A DNA stretch of 64,000 nt, taken from the IMG/VR virus record IMGVR_UViG_3300041809_000571, positions 51,841 to 115,840 of that record; one strand, written 5' to 3'. Each line of letters begins with the position of its first letter. Positions within the stretch are counted from its first letter, which is position 1. This document shows positions 1 to 8,523 of this stretch, piece after piece. This DNA comes from a virus. A program made the translations under genes and the position numbers. The notes under the pieces were generated by a model that made no database searches, had not been told where the DNA came from, and saw only the letters and a program-made list of their open reading frames with translations.

Positions 1-15
1 TCGCAGGACGACCAG

Positions 16-276
16 ATGTTTACCGGGGAGTTTATTGACTTTGTTGTTGATAAGGACCCGGAGGTTGCCCCGCTTTTGACCGCCGTTCTGCGCTCCGGGG
101 GCAGCTTTGCGGATACCCGGCGTTTCTGGTGTACCACCTGTGACCGGTTGGCTACCGAGAAAGAAGTCCAATCCGGCTTGCATTCTGGTCACCAGCTTGG
201 TATTGACCAGAAGGAGTTCAATCGGTTCCGGGGGCGTCTCAAAGAGCTTGCCGGGCAGTTTGTGAGAGAGGAATAG
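16..276 (+). CDS. hypothetical protein (may be N-terminally truncated by window edge)
   Basis: 86-aa ORF at window start; no recognisable motifs. Confidence 0.3.
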   Translation: MFTGEFIDFVVDKDPEVAPLLTAVLRSGGSFADTRRFWCTTCDRLATEKEVQSGLHSGHQLGIDQKEFNRFRGRLKELAGQFVREE

Positions 277-283
277 GAGGCAT

Positions 284-514
284 ATGCGGCTCTGCGAAGG
301 CTGTGAGCGGGGCAACCATTTCATGTGCGTGGGGCACTACTGCGAGTGTGATGCCACAGAGTGTGTAGCCATCATGAACGGACACGTGGTGTGCCCACCT
401 TGTAAAGAAGGCAAGCACATTGATTGCCTTGGGCATAATTGCCATTGCCAGCATTTCAGGTGGAGAGTCTTTACTTGTGCGGAGTGTCAGGCTTACGGGG
501 ACCAGAAAACATAG
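284..514 (+). CDS. Cys/His-rich small putative zinc-binding protein
   Basis: 76-aa ORF with >15 Cys/His in CxxC spacing; AGGAGG RBS 6 nt upstream of ATG. Confidence 0.5.
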   Translation: MRLCEGCERGNHFMCVGHYCECDATECVAIMNGHVVCPPCKEGKHIDCLGHNCHCQHFRWRVFTCAECQAYGDQKT

Positions 515-687
515 TATGGACTCACAGATAACTATAACGCTTCGGGGGAATGTGATTGATATCAGGATAGACTACCCCGACCAGATAACGGCTAATCAAG
601 AACACGTTGGTTGGCTGAGGGCGTGGAAATCGGGAACGCTTAAGAAGCTCATTGAGGCTTACACGTGGTACAAATGGAGGGGGGAGC

Positions 688-1149
688 ATGAACCGCATAT
701 TCATTGACCTTGACGGTGTCGTGGTGGACTTCGACCGCTACAAGCGGGAACACGGCAAGCCGGGTGAGTGGATTAAGATGCAGCCGGGGGCGTACCTCGC
801 CATGGAGGAAATCCCCGGAGCCGTCGCCGCTATCCGACACCTTGCCAAGATGGGATACGAACCCATCATTGCTACCAAGCCGCCTACGGGCGTGTCGCAC
901 GCCTATGCTGAGAAGGCGCAGTGGGTGTTGAACCACATGCCTGAGATGCAGCGTCACATCATCCTGACGCATGACAAGGGCCTGCTCGGTGACCATGGGG
1001 ACTTCCTGATTGATGACCGGCCCCACAAGGCGAACTGCACCACCTTCAAAGGCAAGTTGCTCATCTTCTGCGAGAACTTTGGGTGGGACCAAATCATTGA
1101 TTATTTCATTGCCATCCTGATGGCGGAAGCCAAACGGGGTAAGGACTAA
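688..1149 (+). CDS. HAD-superfamily 5'(3')-deoxyribonucleotidase-like phosphatase
   Basis: N-terminal IFIDLDGVVVDF (DxDGV HAD motif I) typical of NT5C-type nucleotidases; start moved to internal ATG 688 preceded by GGGGGAG. Confidence 0.6.
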   Translation: MNRIFIDLDGVVVDFDRYKREHGKPGEWIKMQPGAYLAMEEIPGAVAAIRHLAKMGYEPIIATKPPTGVSHAYAEKAQWVLNHMPEMQRHIILTHDKGLLGDHGDFLIDDRPHKANCTTFKGKLLIFCENFGWDQIIDYFIAILMAEAKRGKD

Positions 1150-1151
1150 TT

Positions 1152-1847
1152 TTGAAAACCCACATTCTCGTAGTGTCAGATATCCATGTCGGTTCTCCCG
1201 TAAGTCGGGCGAGAGAACTCATAGAACTTCTGGATAAGGTGGAGTTCGACATCCTGTTGATAGATGGCGACCTGTTTAATGACCTTGCTTTCACCCGATT
1301 GACAAAGGAGGATTGGAAACTCCTATCCTATCTTCGTAAGCTAACCAAGCACGCCAAGGTCATATGGGTGAAAGGAAACCATGATGACCCTGTAGCAGAG
1401 GTTGTAGCCCACTTGCTCGGCATAGAGCTTGTGCAGGAGTATGAATGGGAGGAAGGCGAGGAGAAATACCACGCCGAGCATGGCGACCGCTTTGACCACT
1501 TCATCAACAAGTATAAGACTGTCACTAACGTGGCGTGCGCTATCTACTTTACGTTGCAGATGATGGATAAGAAGACTCATCGGTTCAGTCGGTTCATCAA
1601 GAAGGTTAGCAAGAAATGGCTCCGCCTGTCTACGGAGGTTGCCACGAAGGCTCTGGCCTACGGGGAGATGAGGGGACGGCACATCATCTGCGGTCATACC
1701 CACCGGATGAGTAAGAAGAAAGGGCAGGTCATGTATTACAACTCCGGGTGTTGGACGGACATCCCCAGTACGTTTCTTACTGTTGATAAGCACGGTGTGC
1801 GGATGTATAACGTGGATAAGGATGGGGGAATTGAGGAGGAGAAGTGA
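1152..1847 (+). CDS. calcineurin-like metallophosphoesterase (LpxH-like fold)
   Basis: Motifs VSDIHVG, IDGDLFND, GNHD, GHTH in canonical order. Confidence 0.6.
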   Translation: MKTHILVVSDIHVGSPVSRARELIELLDKVEFDILLIDGDLFNDLAFTRLTKEDWKLLSYLRKLTKHAKVIWVKGNHDDPVAEVVAHLLGIELVQEYEWEEGEEKYHAEHGDRFDHFINKYKTVTNVACAIYFTLQMMDKKTHRFSRFIKKVSKKWLRLSTEVATKALAYGEMRGRHIICGHTHRMSKKKGQVMYYNSGCWTDIPSTFLTVDKHGVRMYNVDKDGGIEEEK

Positions 1848-2155
1848 GTAGGCGACCGGTATGCCGTCATTGTAAGAAGCCCCTCAGCGGTGATTATGGA
1901 GGCAGGGGAGAGTTTGCCTACATCAAGTGCGGGTGCGAGGGGCAGGTCATTGAGGAAGCTAAAAAGATGGGGCACGTTCTGTGGTCGGCGTTCTATTTTG
2001 ACCAGAAGGAGTATAGCCCCTGTTATCCAAACATCGTCGGGGGTCATCGGGTGCGAGATATGTTTCGGTACCTCGTGGGTCCTCTTCACGATGACATTGA
2101 TTGGTCTCGGGTCTTTGAAGCAGTGTACGGCAAACCTAACGGTATGTTGAGGTGA
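1844..2155 (+). CDS. small zinc-ribbon protein
   Basis: CRHC...CGC pattern; overlaps neighbours by 4 nt (operon-style). Confidence 0.4.
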   Translation: MSRRPVCRHCKKPLSGDYGGRGEFAYIKCGCEGQVIEEAKKMGHVLWSAFYFDQKEYSPCYPNIVGGHRVRDMFRYLVGPLHDDIDWSRVFEAVYGKPNGMLR

Positions 2156-2901
2156 CTATGAAGGGCTGGAAGGTTGTTCCCATCAGCAAGTACCAGAGGC
2201 TAGATGTTCACCCCGAGGATTTGCTTCACGGGGGTGACTTCCGCAAGTGTGAGACCTATCGGGGCGGCGGCGGATACGACAAGTTCCCGGACATCTGCGA
2301 AAAGCGCCTCGGTCGGCGGCTGCACACACAGTTCGTTGTCCAGCTTTTTGGATGCAACCTTGACTGTCCATACTGCTACGTCACCCGGTCCGGTGTGTGG
2401 GGCAAGTGGAAGGAGTACACCACGGAACGTCTGGTTAAAGCTTTCGAGGCCAGCGGGCAGGAGATTTTCCACCTGATGGGCGGTGCCCCGGCGCTCTATG
2501 TGGACAACTGGGATGAAATCATCCGGGCGCTCCCCAAGTCGGCGGTGTTCCACTCCGACTTCCTGCTCACCGAGCGGCCCTATCGGATGCACACCCTGAG
2601 TTGGCTCTCGGACGAGCGGGACCGTTGCTTGTTCGCCGTGGACATCAAGGGAACCACCAAGGAAGACTACGAGAAAAACACCCGCAAGCCCTTTGTAGAG
2701 GGTTTGTTTTGGGCGAACCTTGAGCGGCTCCATGTTGCACAAGTGCCCTTTTATCTTACTTTTACCAACCCCGACATGACCCACTATGAGGAGATGTGCG
2801 CCAAGCTCCGGGAGAAGTTCGGCCCGGATATTCTGGCGGACAGTTTTATCATCCCCCTTATTGAATATGACGCCGTTCCCTATGTAGACTTGGTTCCCTA
2901 A
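2152..2901 (+). CDS. small radical SAM enzyme (QueE / NrdG-activase-like)
   Basis: GCNLDCPYCY CxxxCxxC cluster near N-terminus, 249 aa, size and motif typical of QueE-like or anaerobic activases. Confidence 0.55.
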   Translation: MTMKGWKVVPISKYQRLDVHPEDLLHGGDFRKCETYRGGGGYDKFPDICEKRLGRRLHTQFVVQLFGCNLDCPYCYVTRSGVWGKWKEYTTERLVKAFEASGQEIFHLMGGAPALYVDNWDEIIRALPKSAVFHSDFLLTERPYRMHTLSWLSDERDRCLFAVDIKGTTKEDYEKNTRKPFVEGLFWANLERLHVAQVPFYLTFTNPDMTHYEEMCAKLREKFGPDILADSFIIPLIEYDAVPYVDLVP

Positions 2902-2929
2902 ACTATTCGTTTCAGAATTAGAGACGAAT

Positions 2930-5257
2930 ATGGGCCTAAGCTTTACAGCCAGCTTTCTCATCACATCCCGCCCTTCGGATGCCAAAATCGACCTCCTCAC
3001 GAGGCAGATGCAGCTTTCCAAGGCACAGGTGGAGATGTGCATCGCCGCCGACCCCAGCCCCAATCAAACAGACTTTGTGACTTGGATTGCCCGGATGGTG
3101 AAGGGCGGTCTCATTCGCCTCCCCGAGGACGCTGAGGGTATCAAGGAGAACCTCTCCCGTTTTCAGACGCAGAAGCGCCAGCCGGGCTTTGGCGGCAACA
3201 AGGATATCAACAGTTACAAGACCCCCGGAGACCTTGCCCGGACCCTCGAAGCGAATGCCATGACGGTCATTCGCTCCAAGAATTTTGACACCTTCAAGAA
3301 CTTGCCGGGACAGCAAATCATCGTCCAAAAGGGTGACTTCGTTATCTTCAAGGTGACTAACCCCGAGGCGCTCCGCATTCTCTCCGACTCTACGGAGTGG
3401 TGTACCCGCCATGGTGCCGCCAGCAGCTATCTCCGAACCGGACCCAGCTATGTGATTTTCTACCGGGGACTTCCCTTTGCTCAGCTTCACCCCTCCAGCA
3501 ACCAATACAAGGACCGGAGAGATGAGTCGCTTATCGTGCAGTACCATCAGCCGAGTACGAAAAAGCGTTATAAGGGGTGGGGACATTACGAGGACGTTCC
3601 GGGACCCCTCATTGGTACCGCCATCACCCATCCGATAGCTCGGGAAGCAGCGGACTACATCGCTGCTGTGGACCCACAGGTGGATGCGTGGATGAAGAAG
3701 CAGAACCTTAGTGACCCGGTGATATTGGGTCAACAGCTTCTCACCAATAATGACCACTGGATAGATGGTCATATACTGACCGGCACCCCGCTCACCCCAG
3801 AGGAGATGGAGTATCTTAAAATCCAGTGGCCCTCGGTGGGAATCCCTAAGCTCAAGAGGTATGCGGACAAATTCTATCCGAGGCAGCGGTGGGAGTTGTT
3901 CGAGTATGTTCTGCTTAAGAACCTTGGCAAGTACATTGGAACGGCTGTAGAATATGCCAATGACCATATCCGTGGTCGCTGGCCCGCCATCGAACCTGCA
4001 CTCCTGCGCCGGGCGGCGATAGACAACGATAACGCCACACGGGCACTGAATTACGCTGCCACGGTCATCAAAGGACGTTGGACAGCGTTGGAGCACAAGT
4101 TCTGGACTACCGCTGGCAATGAGACCATGGGTAAACTGGCTGTTCAGTATGCTTTGAAGATTATCAAAAAGCCGTGGCGGGAAATATCCACGCAACGGTC
4201 TTTCGAGTTCGGCGGTATGCCCCGGCCTGAAATGCTCATGTGCAAGTATGCTCCCAAGGAAGCCATGGAGTATGCCAAGGCGTTTCACATTGAATCGTGG
4301 GACGAGTTGGGAGAAATCCTGCTTGCTGACCACAACTATACCACCTACTTTGACTACTTGAATAACATGAAGGGGGGAGCGAGAGACCCCCGGTTGGAAG
4401 CCATGCTCACCCAACCCAAGTCAGTTTTCTACAATGTTCAAGAGCCTATGGATAAGCGGGACCGGAGGCAGTGGATGCGTGATAACCCCGGAAATCCTGT
4501 GGTCCCCGCCACGAAATCGACCACGAAATATGTCAATAAAGATGCCGTGGGGGCTGACTACGCTGAGCAGATTATCAAGGGTCGCTGGCCTGAGTTGGAG
4601 GAGCGATACCTCAACGAGATGAGGGATAAAAAGAATGAACTTATCCCGGATGATTTTGAGCGTCTGGAGCGTAACTCATACCACGATGACAAGTTTCCCG
4701 CTGCCATGGGTGGATATATCAAAGATGTTATAAAAGGTCGCTGGCCTGAGTTGGAGGCCGTTCTTCTCCAAAGGTATAAGGACTACCCCGACATGTGGCA
4801 GAGCAATCAAGCTCTGGTTGCCGGGTACCTCAATCTGCTCAAGCCTGAAAAGCACACCTATGAGGTTCCCAACTGGAATAAACCTCTGGAGCCGGTTGTG
4901 GGGATATGGCCGGATGGTGAAGACATTCTGAAACAGCGCAGTCAACCCTACGAGGATAAGTTGGAGAGAATTGCCGAGGCTGAGTATCGACAGGAGACCA
5001 CTTATCCCGAACCTGACCGGGATGACCCCTTGTGGTATCCAGCGCACGAGATTGCCGAGTATGTACGCTGGCTTCGTCAAAATGGTGAGGACTGGCCCGA
5101 AGGCGTTATCCTGTTGAATAAATTAGAAGATTTCCGTGATGCCAAGCGCCGGGAGGCGAAGGCACAAGGGAAGTACTATACCTCCCTGACCAATCGAGTG
5201 GCCTCTAACGAATTACTCAACCCCAAGAGAATCCTACCGCTTGAAAAAAATCCCTAA
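2930..5257 (+). CDS. large repeat-containing protein (recurring KGRWPxLE / RGRWPAIE motif)
   Basis: 775-aa ORF; at least four copies of I(K/R)GRW(P/T)xLE spaced through the protein; no enzymatic motif recognised. Confidence 0.5.
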   Translation: MGLSFTASFLITSRPSDAKIDLLTRQMQLSKAQVEMCIAADPSPNQTDFVTWIARMVKGGLIRLPEDAEGIKENLSRFQTQKRQPGFGGNKDINSYKTPGDLARTLEANAMTVIRSKNFDTFKNLPGQQIIVQKGDFVIFKVTNPEALRILSDSTEWCTRHGAASSYLRTGPSYVIFYRGLPFAQLHPSSNQYKDRRDESLIVQYHQPSTKKRYKGWGHYEDVPGPLIGTAITHPIAREAADYIAAVDPQVDAWMKKQNLSDPVILGQQLLTNNDHWIDGHILTGTPLTPEEMEYLKIQWPSVGIPKLKRYADKFYPRQRWELFEYVLLKNLGKYIGTAVEYANDHIRGRWPAIEPALLRRAAIDNDNATRALNYAATVIKGRWTALEHKFWTTAGNETMGKLAVQYALKIIKKPWREISTQRSFEFGGMPRPEMLMCKYAPKEAMEYAKAFHIESWDELGEILLADHNYTTYFDYLNNMKGGARDPRLEAMLTQPKSVFYNVQEPMDKRDRRQWMRDNPGNPVVPATKSTTKYVNKDAVGADYAEQIIKGRWPELEERYLNEMRDKKNELIPDDFERLERNSYHDDKFPAAMGGYIKDVIKGRWPELEAVLLQRYKDYPDMWQSNQALVAGYLNLLKPEKHTYEVPNWNKPLEPVVGIWPDGEDILKQRSQPYEDKLERIAEAEYRQETTYPEPDRDDPLWYPAHEIAEYVRWLRQNGEDWPEGVILLNKLEDFRDAKRREAKAQGKYYTSLTNRVASNELLNPKRILPLEKNP

Positions 5258-5270
5258 ATTCCTTTCTCTT

Positions 5271-5281
5271 CGTGGTATACT
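5271..5281 (+). promoter_or_regulatory. extended -10 promoter CGTGGTATACT
   Basis: TGnTATACT 16 nt upstream of GAGGAG RBS and ATG 5297; same 11-mer recurs at 8497, 13206, 45053. Confidence 0.45.
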
Positions 5282-5296
5282 ATAACTGAGGAGAAC

Positions 5297-5779
5297 ATGT
5301 CTATGGCTTCTACCAAAGCGCAGGCTGTATCGCCTATCACATTGGAAGACTTAAAGCTGGAACCTTCCAGCAAACCCCTCGCCCTGATTTTTTCGGGAAA
5401 GTTCAACTACAAGGGCTACGGCAGACAAATCGCTGCCTGTCATCTGGACGCCTATGTAGGCCCCGACCGCAAAGTCTTTATCGCCACGGAGATTGACACC
5501 AACCCCGGTTGTTCCATCACCAATGGAATTGAAATGGTCGCTGATGCCGTCGAAGAGCAGTTTAGCCTTGGGCACGTATTCGGCCCCACGTCCGACCGCA
5601 CCAACGTCCTTGTGGAACACTATGATAACCGGAGCTATTCCAGCCATCCCGACCGGGATGACTACTCCATCATGGAATTCAAGGGTGAGAACGGCAGCTA
5701 CAAGTATTACAGCAACCCCGGCTGGTGGGGGGTTGAGAAGTCCGAAATTGAACGCCTGATAGGAGGGCAGCTTGTCTAA
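5297..5779 (+). CDS. hypothetical protein
   Basis: 160-aa ORF with GAGGAG RBS and upstream promoter motif. Confidence 0.45.
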   Translation: MSMASTKAQAVSPITLEDLKLEPSSKPLALIFSGKFNYKGYGRQIAACHLDAYVGPDRKVFIATEIDTNPGCSITNGIEMVADAVEEQFSLGHVFGPTSDRTNVLVEHYDNRSYSSHPDRDDYSIMEFKGENGSYKYYSNPGWWGVEKSEIERLIGGQLV

Positions 5780-6284
5780 CCTGAACATCGCCGTATGGGA
5801 CGACCCCGTACTCAGCAAGAAGTGTGACCCCGTTCCTCCCGAGGATTTTGGGGACGCCCTGAAAGTCTTGGGCCTGCAAATGATTGACACCATGAAAGCC
5901 GCCAAGGGTGATGGCATCGGCCTCGCTGCTCCACAGGTGGGCCTGTCCAAGCGTCTCTTCGTAATGAAGCGGTTAAGCTGTGAGGCGACCACGAAAGAAA
6001 TAATCGCCGTTAATCCAAGAATTTCTCTCCGGGGCGAGTATAAGGTATTGGAGGAGGGTTGTCTCTCCTTCCCCGGCTACTACGGTCCCGTGTGTCGTCA
6101 AGAGGAATGTACGATGACGTATCAGGACCCACTGGATGGCAGCGAGTGGACGGTGGAGCTTACGGGTCTGGATGCTCACTGCGCACAGCATGAGCTTGAC
6201 CATCTGGATGGCATCATGTTCTTCGACCGGATGCCCAAACACTATCGCAAAAAGCTTTTGAAGGAATGGAGCAAAAAGCATTGA
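5772..6284 (+). CDS. def: peptide deformylase
   Basis: All three PDF motifs: GIGLAAPQVG, EGCLSFPG, QHELDHLDG. Confidence 0.8.
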   Translation: MSNLNIAVWDDPVLSKKCDPVPPEDFGDALKVLGLQMIDTMKAAKGDGIGLAAPQVGLSKRLFVMKRLSCEATTKEIIAVNPRISLRGEYKVLEEGCLSFPGYYGPVCRQEECTMTYQDPLDGSEWTVELTGLDAHCAQHELDHLDGIMFFDRMPKHYRKKLLKEWSKKH

Positions 6285-6444
6285 GTTGCCCGGTCCCTGC
6301 CGGTTTGTAGGACCCGCATCGCCACGGGTCTGACGTTACGGTGGGGAAACAGGGACGGCTCTTTTAGGAAAGCCAGAAGCCTCATAACCTTCCGGCATCC
6401 GTTCGACTCGGATGGAGCCGTCCCCATGGGCGCAAGGGATTAAG

Positions 6445-6639
6445 ATGAAATACAGGTACCGTTTCGGGTCTGGTTGGAGGAAGGTGACGGTCCATGCGTG
6501 CAGTTTCGACACTGCTGTATGTAAGGCTCTTGACGAACTGGACCGTAGAATGATTAAAGCCGGGGGTGAACCTCCTGTGGCTCACGCCCTGCGTTGCATC
6601 GAAACGGATGACCGAAAGGTAAAAGTTTTCGGCGGGTAG
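6445..6639 (+). CDS. small basic hypothetical protein
   Basis: 64-aa ORF (MKYRYRFGSGWRK...) inside the 640-bp low-coding region; stop overlaps start of tRNA-like element. Confidence 0.25.
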   Translation: MKYRYRFGSGWRKVTVHACSFDTAVCKALDELDRRMIKAGGEPPVAHALRCIETDDRKVKVFGG

Positions 6640-6802
6640 CTCAGTTGGAGTTCTTGGGCTGGAGGGCGATAGGCCATCGTCGCCAGTCTGAGACTTATTC
6701 GAGGCCGGGGAGGCGAGTGACCATAGCCTTTTCGGAATCGGGTAGAGAGCACCCTCATTTACATGAGGGAGGTCGGTTGTTCGAGTCAGCCCCCGCTGAC
6801 CA
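6630..6802 (+). tRNA. tRNA gene interrupted by ~95-nt insertion in the D-loop (intron-containing or pseudo-tRNA)
   Basis: 5' CGGCGGG-TA-GCTCAGTTGG then insertion, resuming TAGAGAGC; anticodon-like arm CCCTC/GAGGG with 8-nt loop ATTTACAT; T-arm GGTTG-TTCGAGT-CAGCC; 3' acceptor CCCGCTG pairs with 5' end; A + CCA encoded. Confidence 0.4.
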
Positions 6803-6929
6803 GTTTATGGTAGGAGCATGTGGACCGGGACCGCAACCCGGTCTGAGCATGTGGTAGCGGAGTGAGATTTCCAATCTCCGTATCAAAGGGCTGGTAACCC
6901 TAAGCCTGCCCAAATTTCAAGGAGGTTGT

Positions 6930-7217
6930 ATGGCATCGAAGCGTAATCCCCATCTATCAAGGTTGAGCACCGAGGAGTTGGAAGCCGAACTTGAAGCTCG
7001 GGAAGCGGAGGAAAATGCGCCTCCCCCGCTAGTTGAGAAACCCGACTGGAGCAATCTGAAAACTTTCGTGGTGAGCCAGATTGAGGAAATCTCCAAGCCA
7101 GACGGCTATGCCAAGGACTTCGAGCACTATGTGTTCGAGCAAGTCATGAGTACCCTTTACGGCAATGGATTTTGGGCTTGGTACAACGAAGGACCCTGCG
7201 AGCGTGCCGGTGGTTAA
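6930..7217 (+). CDS. hypothetical protein
   Basis: 95-aa ORF, AAGGAGG RBS. Confidence 0.45.
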   Translation: MASKRNPHLSRLSTEELEAELEAREAEENAPPPLVEKPDWSNLKTFVVSQIEEISKPDGYAKDFEHYVFEQVMSTLYGNGFWAWYNEGPCERAGG

Positions 7218-7225
7218 GGACAACC

Positions 7226-7648
7226 ATGACCCCGTTTGGAAAGGTGTTCCAAATCCGTTGGAAGGAAGCACTCGGCAGACCCGAGTGCCCGTACCTCTAT
7301 CGGTGGACGCTTATCATCTTCGGGTTTTCCATCCGGCTCCATCACTGGCTCCGGTCAGATGACCGGCGTTTTTTCCACGACCATGCCAGCAATTTCGTAT
7401 CTATAATTCTCAAAGGTCATTACAAGAATGTAACCCCGGATGGGACCTTCGAGGTTAAGGCCGGGTCCATCTGGAAATCGGACGCCTTGCGCCGTCACTA
7501 CTTAGACATCCCCAAAGGTGGGGCTTGGACTCTGCTCTTCTGCGGTCGGCCCTATCACAAGTGGGGATTCTACGTGAAGGGGCACAAGTGGCGTCCTTTA
7601 CGCTATTTCAGCAAGTTTGGAATCATTCAAGACGAGAATTACCAATGA
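7226..7648 (+). CDS. hypothetical protein
   Basis: ORF 7172-7648 trimmed to internal ATG after AAGGA. Confidence 0.4.
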   Translation: MTPFGKVFQIRWKEALGRPECPYLYRWTLIIFGFSIRLHHWLRSDDRRFFHDHASNFVSIILKGHYKNVTPDGTFEVKAGSIWKSDALRRHYLDIPKGGAWTLLFCGRPYHKWGFYVKGHKWRPLRYFSKFGIIQDENYQ

Positions 7649-7926
7649 CGACACCGATTGCTCCTGACATGCTGATTGAGAAAATAATGATACTACGGGC
7701 GCACGTAGACGAGTGTTGGACTGCCCCGGATGGTTGTTTCTGTATGCCCTGCCCTTTCAGTTGGGGGCATCACCCTAAATGCCCACTCGTAAATACGGTA
7801 GCGTTTGACGGCACACATGAACTTCCCAAAGCCGGGGTTGTATGCAGCCGATGTGGTCGGGAGAAACGAATCTACAACGGCGAAGTAAAGTGCGGGTGTG
7901 AGTTTTACCCGAAGCTTGAGAATTAA
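7645..7926 (+). CDS. Cys-rich hypothetical protein
   Basis: ATG overlaps previous stop (ATGA); multiple CxxC. Confidence 0.4.
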   Translation: MTTPIAPDMLIEKIMILRAHVDECWTAPDGCFCMPCPFSWGHHPKCPLVNTVAFDGTHELPKAGVVCSRCGREKRIYNGEVKCGCEFYPKLEN

Positions 7927-7936
7927 CAGGAGACAT

Positions 7937-8224
7937 ATGGGAAAGAATATCGAAATGTTAAATCCGGTGGTCTGCCTGCATTGCGGGGCAGTCTATGACC
8001 TATGTGCTACGGAGCCAGTTGCCCGGCTCACTGATTGTGACGTATTCAAAACACCATGCTGCAACCGCACTGCCGACACCCGTAGATGGAAGGGCCTGCC
8101 GGATTACCGGGACTTGCGGCAGGATGACTTCATGCCTATGGACATTATGGGTAACATACGTCATATCCGCATCATCGACCCGGAGGAAACTCGGGCGGCT
8201 ATCAGGGCCAAGGAGGTTGTATGA
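7937..8224 (+). CDS. zinc-finger-like hypothetical protein
   Basis: AGGAG RBS; CLHCG...CC pattern. Confidence 0.45.
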   Translation: MGKNIEMLNPVVCLHCGAVYDLCATEPVARLTDCDVFKTPCCNRTADTRRWKGLPDYRDLRQDDFMPMDIMGNIRHIRIIDPEETRAAIRAKEVV

Positions 8225-8493
8225 GCACCGGAACATTGACCTGCACTGTGGGATGTAACAACGTCCAAATCAACAAACGGGGCGATGACTGCTTTGGAGC
8301 GCCCAACACCATTTACGCCCGAGTCATCAGCCGGGACGGCAATAATGTCTACCTTGAAGAGGCGGATGTTGCTAAGATTCAAGAACTTATGGGGGTTTTG
8401 AAGGACGTTACCTCCTATAGTCCGACCGGCACACCCGAGGATAAAAAGGCGTGGGCAAAGAAACGCAGCACATTTTCCTCCACTGCCGCCTGA
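8221..8493 (+). CDS. hypothetical protein
   Basis: 90-aa ORF overlapping upstream stop by 4 nt. Confidence 0.4.
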   Translation: MSTGTLTCTVGCNNVQINKRGDDCFGAPNTIYARVISRDGNNVYLEEADVAKIQELMGVLKDVTSYSPTGTPEDKKAWAKKRSTFSSTAA

Positions 8494-8496
8494 CCT

Positions 8497-8507
8497 CGTG
8501 GTATACT
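8497..8507 (+). promoter_or_regulatory. extended -10 promoter CGTGGTATACT
   Basis: Identical 11-mer to 5271; followed by GAGGAGA RBS and ATG 8524. Confidence 0.45.
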
Positions 8508-8523
8508 GTTACTGAGGAGACCT

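Noticed and set aside
2936-4414. 492-aa minus-strand ORF
   Set aside because: Entirely antisense to the 775-aa + strand gene, which has an RBS and repeat structure. Typical shadow ORF in a GC-rich frame.
6630-6802. tmRNA hypothesis for the long tRNA-like element
   Set aside because: No tag-peptide reading frame ending in Ala-Ala-stop, and no pseudoknot-sized body. The 5' part is a genuine tRNA D-arm start.
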